DNA of 63,964 bases, filler included, from Sluysia triapertura (lineage: Eukaryota), in NCBI GenBank assembly GCA_046118255.1. It is 5 parts of 5 records of this genome, joined end to end, with 100 filler letters (N's around TTAATTAATTAA, not from the genome) between each part and the next. Parts side by side here need not be neighbours in the genome. Positions count along the whole stretch, not along the records: positions 40,411 to 53,040 come from JBJNIA010093562.1; 4 more parts are not named here. One strand, given 5' to 3'. The translations under genes and the position numbers were made by a program. Positions within the stretch are counted from its first letter, which is position 1. Each line of letters begins with the position of its first letter. Under the pieces are notes generated by a model, which ran no database searches, was not told the origin of the DNA, and saw only the letters and a list, made by a program, of their open reading frames with translations. This document shows, one piece after another, positions 40,411 through 53,040 of the stretch.

Positions 40411-41794
40411 ATATCCAATCACATACTTCTGTACTCTCAAATCTTAATAACCTCCTACAAATGATTTACAAATTTTCTATAAGCTTAATTTATGTAAATC
40501 TAAAGTAAAATTATAATTTATAATTGTTATGGAAGCCTTGGCTTTTGCAGCACATTGTGTCGCATTGTTTAGAACGTTTGTATTGCATTTTCTTAGTATC
40601 ATAGCAAGTGTTCAACGAAAATCGATTTTCGAAAATAGAAGCAGTATTTTTCAAATGACTGCATATTTTCATCTTTAAAGAGTATATTGAAATGTATACT
40701 TGGCCTGCTAAATAGTCGATTCGTTATTAAATTTTTAAGATAATTCAAAAAATATTTTTGACATAATTTCATCATATTATTTGCATTTAATTCCATTTGT
40801 CAGTATTTGTTAAAAGAATTAAGTTCTTTGAACGGCATTAAATTTACTTATTCTTCTAAGATAGTTTCTAACGTTTGGCGTTGTGGTGGTTCAATTCTTC
40901 ACTTCCGACTACCAGCTCCACAAACAAAACTTCATTTAAAATACATACCAAAACCATTATTTTACATCACATAAATCTTCACATTTGTAACACATTCATT
41001 GTAATAGCAAATTTATAAATAATTTTTAAACTATTGTTTTCGTTTATTAGCGCTATTAGGTTGTAACTTTTTAAAGTATCATAATTGCTATCTATCCTTC
41101 TATTCTGTTATCTTTATATTTTATTTTTATTATAACCGTGTCTTTTCGCAATATGACCTCAAATGAGAACAATGTAAGAAATTAAGTATCACGTCGAAAA
41201 ACGTCAAGAACATGAAACTAGCATTTATAAGAAGTTGAAGAAAAGGTATTCAGTAATTATACTTAGAAAATTATATAAATGTAATTTATGCTAATTTAAG
41301 TTGCACAATGATTCTCCTTAAAAGAATTGTACGCGGAAAATTGTAAAAATGTATACTTTAAAAATTTTATGTTTTGTTTAATTAGTAATTTTATGTTAAT
41401 TTTCAAATAATTATCTGCTAAAGAAAAGCTCTTGTGAATTTTTTTATAATCTATTTGAAGATATAATTTACTATTTAGAAACGAAATTCTTGATTATTAC
41501 ACTATACTAAATCTTTTTATTATCCATCCTATAAACCAAATTCAAATTTTAAAACGAGAAATTTAAAATTTATGCGAATTCCTGATCCGTAGATAAAGAA
41601 AGTATGTTGATGAAAATCGTATTATCAGGAAATCCTACATGTTGAACTGGATGAAAGAGCGCGGATTTTCTTTTACAAGAAATGTTTACTTGGATCGTGT
41701 AAGTTCTGAGGAGCAGAAATCTTTGAATTTTAAAGAATATCAAGTGTAAAAATAATACATTTACTTTAATTTTAATAAAAAATTTAGTTTCGTG

Positions 41795-44700
41795 CAGGGC
41801 TGAAACTGCTCGCTTCACTGATTTGCTCAAAAAATTCAAGCAAAAATTGAGCTTCGGCTTTTTTTGCTCATTGCTCCTGCTATTGTTCAGAACGCGAACC
41901 ACAGCTACATGAGCAAGGGAAGCAACTGCTCACTGGTGAGTTAGTTTGTTGTATTACCATTTTCAAATTAAGTAAGTTTTCGTTTGTTATTTTCAAGGAT
42001 TGTTTAAATGTAGTTTTGAAAAAAATTAATCTTGTTGGATATTTAATAAAGAATTTAAATTATAAATTTACTATACTCTTTGCTTTTATATTTAAAGTTT
42101 TGTTCCAAATTTGTAGTAAAAATATTTAATTGCAATTAAAATTTTTTGTCAAATGTATATTAGAATATCAAAACAGCAAGATATAAAAAGAAACAAATAG
42201 TAACTTTTCTAAAATTCCCTTTGACATACAGTTCCTCAAGTCATCATAAATAAAAGCAAAAATACTAAACGGTTTTTCTACGAAACTTGTGTAGGTGGAA
42301 TTGCTATAATAACTTCAGCTATTGGTAAAATAGTAGGATAAATAGATTTTAATTTGGATCAGTATGAAATGATATCCTTATTAATACTGGTACTAAACTT
42401 TTGACTGAAATATTTAATTATTTTATTCTTTACGGATTCTTTATGATGAATCCATAATTTCTTCATTCTTATTTGTATTTTGAAGCAATTTTAACATTTT
42501 AGGTGCTTACCATTATTTACTAAATTAAGATCAGTTTTCAGTTTATCATTTTTCTTGAGAATTTTCTTGAAACAACACAATATGATTATGCAATCTACAT
42601 TTATTATAATTTCATGTAAATCATTTTCATTCAAAATACTTTGGTATCTGGAATCAAAAAATACAGCCACTTTATAATACATGTTATCAAATATTTGTGC
42701 TTTCTTCTTTTCAATGCTTCTTTTAATTTAATATTGTTTCGAAGAAGAATGACAATGTTTCTCACGAATTAACTTCATAATGTTAGGTCTTATGTTTTGA
42801 GGTAATGATGTTCCTAATGTTGAAACTAAATGCTCATTAGTTAAGCTTGATATGCGACTATTGATTTTTAGCTGAAAATAAGCTGCTCACATAAATAAGT
42901 ACTTCCAAACATCACAATAATTCTTGAAGCAAACAGTCGCATTTCATTAAAGTTTTCAGGCAAATACAAATAAAACGCCTACTTCGTTATATTTTTCTTG
43001 CAATGCCGCATTGCATTGAATTTCTATTTGCACTTTGCTGCTTACCTTTTCAGCATTATACGAAAATGGAGCATTGAACAACAAAAAATTTTCTTCACAT
43101 ACTTGAAAGCTGTGAAATCTTATTTCAAATTCTAACAGATCGTCAAAATATGAAGTATATTTGACAAAATTACTTTTAATATACGATTCTTTATAACTTT
43201 TATAAGAGGAAAAATGAATTAAATCACAATTTTTAGTTATTTCTTCCAAATTGCGAGTTTTAATTTAAATGCCTTAATAAACTCCCACATCTGTGTGATA
43301 GCTTTATTTCGACCCTGAAGTTTTAAATTTAGCTCATTTATATGTTTTGTAATATCTGTTAGAAAGGTTAAATCCTGTATCCAATTTTTATCTTTAAATA
43401 GTTCAACTGACTGATCTTTCATTTCTAAGAACGTTTTGATTTCATTACGATGTTCCCAGTACCGCATCAAAATTTTGTGGCAACGAACTTCTGTATAATA
43501 AATTAAGCCATCATGTTTATTTTCAATTTCTGACAGTATAGATAAAAATTGTCCTTAATTCAAACCTCGAGATCGTATAATATTTATAGTTTTTTTGACA
43601 AATTATAGAACGTTTTCCTTTTTTATTACTTTGGAACACAGTATATACTAATACATGATGCAATGAACATGGTGAAATTAGTTATCGGGAAAAATATCAT
43701 ATTGTTTAGCTAATAATTTAGCTATAAATCCATTTTTCTTCCACTTTCGCACCGTCTGTAGCTACACATACTAATTTAGATAAAGGAAGATTATATTTAC
43801 TTAAAAGCTCGTCGATGATTCAAACATGTCTTGACCTCTAGTGGTGTTTTAAGAGATAAAATGTCGAGCAGTTCTTCAGTCACAGTAAAATCTGTCACAG
43901 GTACGAATAAAGACATCAAGTTGCGCTTGGCCGGTAATATAGTAGTTTCATCAATTGCAATTGAATAATGTTGAATATTTCTCAAATTATTTTCAAGATT
44001 TTGACTAATATTATTAGCGATATCATTAATTCACTCAGCAACACAATTTCTTGCAAGTGAAATTCCGTGAAAGTGGGACCCCGTTATTATTAAATTTATA
44101 AGTGCACCTTTAAATTCACTTGGACTAGTTTTATAAAATATTTTGTAATCTCTTTCATTCGACGTTTTAGCAAAATTAACTAAACTTGATTTTTCATTTC
44201 GTTTTCTGACTTCTCGAATCAATTCATTTGCAAATTCAAGGTGGTACGCTTTGATGTCTTAAAACGTTAAATTTTTTGGCACCTGCAGTTTCTGTATTTA
44301 TATCTAAACAACCATTCAATTGACACACTGCGTACTTTTTTATAACACCATTTAATGATTTCTCCGTAATAACAAAATGTTTTAAGAGTTCTTTTGTATC
44401 ATTTCCATCTCTAAAATCAAACAATGAAATACTAGACTTATTTTGTGAGATATCTGTTGATAGATTCTTTGAAGTTTCATTTTCACTTTTGGGCAATTTT
44501 TAAAAAAAATATCTCTTTTCAATGTGTTTGATATTCTCAAAATTTATATCAAGAATTTATTTAAATGCTGGGTTCATTTCACAAATTATAATCAAATCGG
44601 TAAATATACTTTGTTAACATTCACAATCAAATTCAAAAAAATTTCCTCTTAAATATTTTTTGTTGAATATATTAATAATTGTTTACGGTACAAAAAAAAT

Positions 44701-45030
44701 AGAATTTGGATACTATATTTGTAAATTCTAGATAAAAAAACTTTTGTTTATCAATTTTTAATCATTTATTCTGGAATATATTCTTATATTATACTATAAT
44801 TCAGTTAATAAAGCATAAAAAATTCATATAAAAATTCATAATCGAAATATTACTATTTAACATGAACAAATTATGAGGTGCTCTTTACTGTTCACTCACT
44901 GCTCGGAGCAAATGCTGAGCCCAGAACTTATTTTGCCTCTTTGCTCTGCTCATTGCTCGGAGCAAAGTGAACAGAATGTAAGGAAAGAGCATTGAGCTGT
45001 TGCTCAGCTCAGGAGCAATATCAAGCTCTG
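41795..45030 (-). mobile_element. Full-length decayed hAT transposon (3236 bp) with 8-bp TSD GTTTCGTG
   Basis: TSD at 41787-41794 and 45031-45038. TIRs CAGGGCT-GAAACTGCTC and CAGAGCTTGATATTGCTC. Many subterminal TGCTC/GAGCA repeats. BED-finger-like AVCQLNGC...FNVLRH, AVFFDSRY, and dimerisation domain DIISY*SKLKSIYPTILPIAEVIIAIPPTQVS/VEKPFS..DDLRN. Confidence 0.93.
42728..44062 (-). pseudogene. Buster/SPIN (GTF2IRD2-like) hAT transposase core embedded in the outer hAT
   Basis: ISLARNCVAE*INDIA...YSIAIDETT...EELLD...HCIM...EVR...WIQDLTFLTDITKHINELNLKLQG...FKLKLAIW...LFNAPF...MFGSTYLCEQL...LTNEHL...KHCHSS, the full DDE core plus its own C-terminus. Many frameshifts. Confidence 0.9.
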
Positions 45031-45278
45031 GTTTCGTGTTTTATTTGCAATAGAACAATTAGTCTAAGTTAATCTACTTGGTATATTAGATAATTTGAAA
45101 ATTATGATAAAAAATTCCACCTATGTTTTTTACGTTGTGTGATATCATTTCATGTAAGACTAAAAAACGTTTTTATCACTACTTTTATGTTGAAGGGATA
45201 TATTTTGAAAGTATACATTGTAGTATTTAATATTCTGATGTAATGTTGCCCTTGTTTCTGGTTCAACATAGTCTAGAG

Positions 45279-45511
45279 CAGTGGTGTCAAACATTTTTGC
45301 CCGTGGGCCGCCACTTTGACACCACTGGTATAGAAGTAATATGTAGTATAGATGTACTTGACCACCTGTAGTACTTTTATTTTTAGATGTTAATAAATGA
45401 ATTAAAAATTTAATTAATCCAGCTTGATCATCGTCAAAATAACGGATGAATATTCGTGTACCTATCCTGGTATTGTTTGTAAATACACGGGCCGCCACTT
45501 TGACACCACTG
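45279..45511. mobile_element. Buster/Charlie-type hAT MITE (233 bp) with TSD GTCTAGAG and a duplicated right end
   Basis: TSD at 45271-45278 and 45512-45519 fits nnnTAnnn. Left TIR CAGTGGTGTCAAA; right end gggccgccactttgacaccactg occurs twice, ending at 45327 and 45511. Confidence 0.92.
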
Positions 45512-45619
45512 GTCTAGAGGCATTTTAAATGTACTAAAATAAATTTCTTCTGTGAAACATGTCTGAAATATTACAACTTAATAAGCATCATGGGTGCATT
45601 GTATGCACATGTTCCTAGG

Positions 45620-45870
45620 AATCGTTTGTTCACGGCTTGTGATTGCTAATTTTTGTTGTAATGAGCTAATCTAACGACTTGTGACGCTATACTCTCAAAC
45701 ACATCATTGACAAAACTATTCACAATTGACAGCTTTATTTGAAATAGCAATATTGAGATGTACCTGACGCAGAACTTTGTAAATGTGTATAGCATGACTT
45801 TCTTTTCTTTTACTGTGCCTCTTTTTACATGCTTTCTGAGCTTTCGCTTTAATAACCTTTTTTGTTGATT
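45620..45870 (-). pseudogene. H2B: Histone H2B pseudogene
   Basis: KKVIKAKAQKACKKRHSKRKESHAIHIYKVLRQVHLNIAISNKA/SIVNSFVNDVFESIASQVVRLAHYNK/LAITSREQT, with two frameshifts and a truncated C-terminus. Confidence 0.92.
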
Positions 45871-45979
45871 CAATATTAAAACAAACATTAAAACAAATTT
45901 TTGTAAATGAATATAATGAAAAAATGAAAAACAAAATCTATAATAAGATAATCTGGAAATAATCTAGCATAAAATGAAT

Positions 45980-46450
45980 TACTTAAAAATTTTGGAGTAC
46001 AATCAGAACATGTACTAATAATTGAATTAACTGAATCTATCGTATCTCTTAATTTAATACACGAATCATTCAGAGGTAATTTTAATTTAAGTCTGTCAAC
46101 TTTATTGATGACTAATACAATTTGCAAGTGATCTAAAATTGCTTGACGAATAATACGTTCTACATTTATAGTAACCACTTCATAGGCTTCTAGAATTAGA
46201 ACTACACCATCACATATCCTAAAAGCTGCTACAACTTCATCATTAAAATTTAAATGTCCTCGAGTATCCATAACATCAAGTAATATAAGAGTTATAGGTG
46301 TCACGTTCAACTTCCAATTTCAAATAATCCGTGTACCGCAAGTCTTATCTTCTGTCACATGCAATTTTTATTTCAGGCAAACATTTGACAATATTATCTT
46401 GGCGAATAATAAAATATTCGAGAGAATTATCAAAACTATTTTTCATTTTT
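45980..46450 (-). pseudogene. EFTUD2: EFTUD2/Snu114 GTPase-domain fragment
   Basis: IVKCLPEIK...*DLRYTDYLKLEVER/TPITLILLDVMDTRGHLNFNDEVVAAFRICDGVVLILEAYEVVTINVERIIRQA...INKVDRLKLKLPLNDSCIKLRDTIDSVNSII. P-loop deleted, DTPG changed to DTRG, plus a stop and several deletions. Confidence 0.9.
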
Positions 46451-47840
46451 CCACGTGATAATTATTTACACAAGCACTGGACATTTTTCTATAAGTATCG
46501 TTGTGTTAAACTGTCTTTGATAAATTGTTTCCATCTGTGCTCGAAGCGACGAAAATGTAGAGTATTTTCTATCTTGCCTTAACTGCTTACCAATATTTAA
46601 AATTTGTTTCATATTATATATGATTTTCAAAATTTCACTTGACATTTAAATGAGAATATAATTAGATTATCGTAATGACGATTGTGAGGAATAGAAATTA
46701 CTATTAACATAATTGATTATTATCATTTAGTAAAAGTGATTTTATTATGGAGTTTTGCAGTCTCTAGTTTATGTTGGATGTAATAGGATGATGATGTGTA
46801 AGATCGGTTTAGGGTAAAATTTTACATGTGAGTGATAACAAAGCTACTATACACAAATTTAATTCCCCAACAGTATGTGAGGGAGGTTAGTGTCACAATT
46901 CTAAGTTCACTTAAAATCAAATTGAATCCTCCTATTATGTATCAGTGAATAAGAGTTTACGAATAGGGTTGGTGAGTGTCAAGTTTGATGTAAAATGCAA
47001 ATCTACTAATGTTAAAATAAGCTGGGACGTTCAGATTAACCACAATATTGTATGACAACAAGCATCGTTTAGAATTCAAATTTTAATTGTCAGTTTAAAT
47101 TCAAAATTTAATTTTAAAAAAATTTGCTATAACATTAGTGAACAGTGCATGTTAGGTGGATTAGATTCACCTTAATCTTTTTCTGAATATATGCAATGTA
47201 TATTACCTTATTATTGTCATTCCCATATCGACTCTACATGCTAAACTTTATCCTTATCTTGCAAGACCTATCGAGACTAAATATGTTAACAATGGCTTCA
47301 AGACGGCAACTATGGCACTGACAACACAGTACCATTAAAAGTAATAAATAGATATATTTTTATGTTTTCGGCTTATTTTTCGTTTAAATGTACATAAAAT
47401 GATTATAAATATAAATCAAGTTATAAATAAATGTGTTAAATCTTTCAAATGTAACCATATTACAATAAATAAAATAGACAATAGACAATGAATGATAGTT
47501 TAACTCACGAATCGAAGTGCAACTTAAAAGATCTTAGGTTATATATTGACTCATTTGAAGTGACAAATTCTTGTAGATGAGTGTGGAAATGAGAGAGGAT
47601 AAAATAAGTAATTTAACGTAAATTGATTGTTTATTATGTGTGATTATGTTTACAGTAATGTAAGAGTTTTCAACCATCACGAAAACGATCGTGCAAAAAC
47701 ATCATATTATTCCCAGTCTCGTCATTTAAATCTACTTAATGGTGTCGAAGATTCCAAGTTGAAGCAGAGTGTTTTTGAGTTAAGTATAATTAGACTAACT
47801 GTTTTCTTACAAAATAATAGATATAGTCAAGCAACTAATG

Positions 47841-47919
47841 TTAACACATTATGAGCGGGTATTCTTAAGTGACAGTACATAAAACGGGTACTAATACCCG
47901 CCCGCTCATAATGTGTTAA
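47841..47919. mobile_element. 71-bp piggyBac-like mini-element flanked by TTAA
   Basis: TTAA|CACATTATGAGCGGG ... CCCGCTCATAATGTG|TTAA. The perfect inverted repeat spans 47837-47859 and 47901-47923. Confidence 0.7.
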
Positions 47920-48845
47920 CATTCATTCCATCTGACCTCACAATGAGGCAAAAAGCAAAAATAACAATTAGAAAAGTGTAATACGCAACATAAAACAGCA
48001 AAACATTAATATATTAAGAAATCAAGATAATGTTATTTAGATTTTGAATCTAGCGGTAAACTAGATGTAACACATAAGAATGTTATGTGTAATTTGAATC
48101 TTCGAGTAAGGAAGATCGAAATCTTATAAAATAATTCTTACTACTTTTAGACCACTCGAGGAAATAAGTGTCTTCGATTTGATTAAATTTGTGTTCGAAT
48201 GAATTAAAATTATTTTCCAACTAATGAAAATTTTTTACACAAAAACGGTGTATGTGAATTTATCTTTTCGTCGCCTTTTATATTCGTTTTTAACGGAAAT
48301 AAAATCATATTAATATATTAATGAAGATTAACTTTTAATAAACTTTGTACTAATTCCGTTAATAAACTTTAAACCTTAATGAAAAATAAACTTTTTAATT
48401 ATTTCCTAATAAACTTTATTTATTCTAACCAATGAGAAAGCGACTAATTAAAATTAACTAATTTAATAATCAAAGTTCATAAACTGTTGAATTAATTACT
48501 GACATATTTTAATGTAAGACTTGAATTCTCTTAATGAGAATTGGGTTTAAATATTTTCATGATAAGTTATACCAAAGATATATGCTAGCTAATTACAGTA
48601 TTGGTTGATTGCAGTTGTTGGTTGGTATTGTTTTAGTATTGTTTTTAGCAGATTGTCCATATTTTATTGTTATCTATTTTTGATCCATATGTTTTTGGGT
48701 GTTAATTAAGTGCGACTAATTTGCATCTTCTTTAGTTTGAAAATGAATTAGAATTTAGTTTCTAATTTATGATATTTATTTTGTTAAAAAAATACATTTC
48801 TGATTACTTTTTGGTGTTCAAAATATTTTCTTAAGTTTTTTAAGT

Positions 48846-49975
48846 TGCTGGTGTTTTTCTTAACAAAAGAACTTAACTATCAGCAAAATAAATTATTATT
48901 CAGAGTATACGACTTACTAATGGCGTATCTGTAAAATTACATGAGAACAATTTAAAAAATAACTGTATCAAAATACTCCTTGCCTTGATTATGTCAACAG
49001 ATAACTGAATGTCTTCTAAAATATAAAGCTAGCAACGATCAATGCGGGCGCATGTACTATTTAAATTTATATATGGTTTTAGGTGAATGTTACATTAAAG
49101 AAAATAGTTAATTCTCCTCAAAGATTAGTACTATATTTTAGTAGAAAAATTCGTTACAGCTAAAACTTTGTTGTAACCTTAATTATCAAAAATCTCTATG
49201 ATTTACGAAAAATTTAACGAATATTATACACAAGAAAAATAACATAAAATTATTAATTCAATAATATGAGTAAAAATAAAAATATAATAAAGATAACAAA
49301 TTAATTGTAATAAAGAACTAGCCCGAAGACTCGATCTGTTAATAATGATTTTGTAATTGACCAACTAAAAGGTGATGATTTTATATTTTCAGATGATTTT
49401 ATGATCTTAATGACCAACCGAAAATTAGGTATTTAACGTGAAAATTGTAACTCTAGCGAGTTTTCAATTTATTTAAAATAAACTTACTAATTTAATTAAT
49501 AATTGAAAATCGAATATTCTAGATCAGGGAACTCTCTACTGCTTGTTTGATTTATCTGGTTGAGGAGGAAGCGGAGCTGAGATTTCTCTAATTGAATACG
49601 CGAGATCTAATTCTTTTCTCTACTTGACTTGAGTCGTTAATGTTGTTGATTACCACGAAGAAATTGCACTGATAATTTGGAGTTAGCTGATAAAATGGTA
49701 ACTGCTAGAATTGGTAAAATTTTTATTAACAAATGGTGAATTAACTATGGCGTCTGTTCTCCTTTATATATTCTTTACGCGCATAAAGACACGTAAATAA
49801 AAATTAATTCATTAAAACATTTCCTTGTTCTGGAACATTCTTTTAGATTTTAATTTATAATTTTTTAAAGAAATATAATAATAATTTTTTTTATAATTTT
49901 TAATACTTTTTTACAATTTTCGAAAATATTAAATATAAAAATAACATAAAAATAAAATGCTTTTACACCTTTACA
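48846..49975 (-). mobile_element. Solo LTR (~1.13 kb)
   Basis: TG...CA ends, near-TSD AAGT/AAGC, collinear with 23949-25159. Confidence 0.78.
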
Positions 49976-50010
49976 AAGCGTTGCCTGATAGCTTTAAGTT
50001 ATAAAGTAAG

Positions 50011-50180
50011 TGTAAAATGTATGTTTATACCTAACCCTCAGTTTTTTGGCTTTTACAAGGTTCAAAAAATATTAAAAATTAAATATTGAAAATATAGGCA
50101 GTTTATTTTTGATATTTTATTTTAAATTTTTTTGAACTCTAGAAAAAACGTGTAAAACGAGGGATAAGTGTATATTTTTA
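50011..50180. repeat. Imperfect fold-back made of two opposed copies of a repeat end, also at ~1290-1370
   Basis: gcttttacaaggttcaaaaaa...aaaattaa.tattga is shared with 1327-1367. The right arm's reverse complement tatacacttatccctcgtttta matches 1294-1314. Confidence 0.55.
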
Positions 50181-50339
50181 TTTTAACCTTATTTAGAAAT
50201 GTTTAAAGATTGGAGTTCTAATATTATTACTTTGTTTAGTGTGTTCCAGAAATAAATGAAATAATTTTATCATTACTACAATTAAATTTCAGGATAGTAG
50301 AATTAAAAATATATTTATTTCGTACATTTTAATTTCAAG

Positions 50340-50477
50340 GAAGACATTTTATTAGAAGTTCGCTATGAAGTACCGAATTCAGATATTTGTGAAGTTAAAT
50401 TAACTGAAGAAACAGTAGCCCAAAATCAAAGGCCTATGATAATCAGAAAATCAGATATACCCGAATCCAATAAATAA
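50340..50477 (+). pseudogene. CLPX: Orphan terminal exon of mitochondrial ClpX
   Basis: tttcaag acceptor, then EDILLEVRYEVPNSDICEVKLTEETVAQNQRPMIIR*, compare CLPX [26 protein letters not shown]. The preceding TGARGLR exon is not visible upstream. Confidence 0.75.
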
Positions 50478-51519
50478 TTATAATGATGCATTTAAAGAAA
50501 TTTATAAGATCTTTAATTAGAATTCAAATACATTCATTAAACAATTTTTTATTTTTGGTTTACTTTTATATTAATCTAAATTATGGTTTTATTATTTTCA
50601 TTATTATACTGCTAAATTTTGACAATGCAATTTAAATAAAATGAATTAAAATATCGTCAATATAAATCAAATTAATTAAACAATTACATAGGGATTAAAT
50701 TACCTTTAAATTCGGGACAATTTTTCACTTAAGATAATTTTTTAATTATTAAACAAAGTCATTTGATTTTGAAAAAATTGAAATATTAAGTACTTAATTA
50801 ATATGATTTATTTCATTTGGAACATACTTATCTAAGCATATATAACTGCTGAAGAGAAAGTTTTGATATAAAAAATATAAAACGTTATTGTATCTTGAGT
50901 TTTAAATAGCATTTTTCACAATATAATTAAAAAATTAAAATATGTACGAATTTTATCCCAAACGCAATGGTGGCCTACCCTAAATTTTCTTTATGTTACT
51001 TTTTTAATTAAAACGGTGAATATTATTTAAAATCGAAACCAATACCGTTATCTCAAATTATTATTACCACCCACAAATTCTATTTACTTATTCTGCTTAT
51101 TAAGTACAAAAATTAAACAATGTATGTGTTATCATCATTGATTTGGATATGTTAGGATTATTAGATTAAAACTTTTACTTACGGAAAAATTTATTATAAA
51201 TTCAAAATGTCGGTTATATAATAATATTATTTCAAAATATTTATACATAAATTAAATTTATTTTTTATACAAAATAATACATAAAATTATTTGTTAAATC
51301 TATGCTTTTGTAATTTATGATTATATGAAAAGTTTTGTCTGAAAATTAATTTTTTGAAAAAATTCAATTCGAAATTAATAAAAATATTTACAAATTTTAT
51401 CGAGTTGTAAAATTTTAAAATTATAGGATCATCAATATTAAATAAAAAACAAAACTGTCTAAAAATCTATTTAAAATATTATTGATTAATTTTGTCCTAG
51501 AGATCCCTTCTGTTACATA

Positions 51520-52441
51520 CCACGATTCACTATCTAAATAAAAATTAAAAGTTAATATAATGTTTATGAGAGAATAAAAATTGTTTACTTCGCTTTCTTT
51601 GAGTATAACGGTGATATCGATTGATGATTTGATTTCATCGGCTGATTGTGATGCTTCGTTTCCATATTGTTGATAAATATAACTGTGACAATTTTTCATT
51701 ACACTCTAATTTAGGTGAGGTCCCATTTCTCAATATAATTTTCGAAAAGTCTATTACCTTAAAACTATAATCAACAGTTAGGTTTCTTGGGTTGCCGAGA
51801 ATGGTTTCTTTCTTAGTGTCAAAAGCCACAATTTTTAAATCGATGTTGGATTATTTCACATTTGAATACATGATGGCTATAAGTTGTACAACTAAACTGT
51901 TAATATCTACGGTAGTACTATTATCGGGTTTACAACGTAAATAATTTCGAAGACTATGAATTTGTTTCACATACATTCTAGATAACAACTGAAGTACTAA
52001 TTTAACTTGTCGTAGATCGATTTTTACAAGGCATGCCGACTCTACGATATTTTCTTGCTTAGCATTATTTTTTGGATTCCCATCTTTAACACTATCTTCC
52101 AATCGATCCTTTTGATTATTTTGAACAATGACTTTCAATTCATAATTTTCTTCATTAACATAATTTTGAACATAATTGAACAAGGGTTTTGAATCTATTC
52201 CATTTTCATGAGCAATTTTCACTTCGTATTTCCTTAGAGATGGATAACAACATGAATAACATTCATCCTTTGCTGAGCTAGATTTAGATGTGAATAAATT
52301 TCGTAGTAATTTCGTCATGAAACTTCCATTATTGGCAAAACTCAGTTTTTGATTTTTCAAATAATCAATTGTTTTTTGAAGCTGATGTCCGATAACATCG
52401 AAAATGACTTCTTCTTTTGAGTTCAAGACGATTTGAAACAT
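51520..52441 (-). pseudogene. IP3-receptor/RyR-family fragment (RIH-associated domain)
   Basis: VKLVLQLLSRMYVKQIHSLRNYLRCKPDNSTTVDINSLVVQLIAIMYSNVK*SNIDLKIVAFDTKKETILGNPRNL...KVIDFSKIILR follows LQLLCExHNxxLQNYLRxQxxN...LxExxxGNxxNQ...IDxINxIL. In-frame TAA at 51851 and a later frameshift. Confidence 0.7.
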
Positions 52442-52969
52442 TAGATCGTAGTGCAGAATTTATATCAGAATTTATATATCTGATTTTAACATGACAATAA
52501 TTTTTAATTTTTTAATTATTTTTTTCGAAAATATAATTATTGATCTTTATTATTATTTTTTTGAGCCGAAAAATTATTTTGAGTATTTTTGTTTTGATCG
52601 GTTGTCCAACCAGATATTTATGAAAATAATGATGAAGTTCGCTCTGGTTGAACAGCCAGTAATAATCACTGTTGCTTAATAATCGTTTTCACTATAAGTG
52701 GTGATAGTGACTGTAAATGTAAATTAATGGATTCACCACTGGCAGTTACTATATTGATCATAAAAATAAATTACCGTAAATAAAGATAATGAAAAATGAT
52801 ATTAATAATAATAATAATAATAAAAATAATACGATGTTATTATTATTTACAACATGAACTTTCCATCACATCTTGAATTTCTTAACATATTTAAAATTTG
52901 AAAATAATAAGGAATAACAATGATAATGATAAAAATAATAATTACACTAGTAACAACACAGTGTTAATA

Positions 52970-52971
<2 letters not shown>

Positions 52972-53040
<69 letters not shown>
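52972..53040. repeat. (ATT)n microsatellite at a scaffold end
   Basis: About 23 perfect units running into the linker. Confidence 0.9.
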
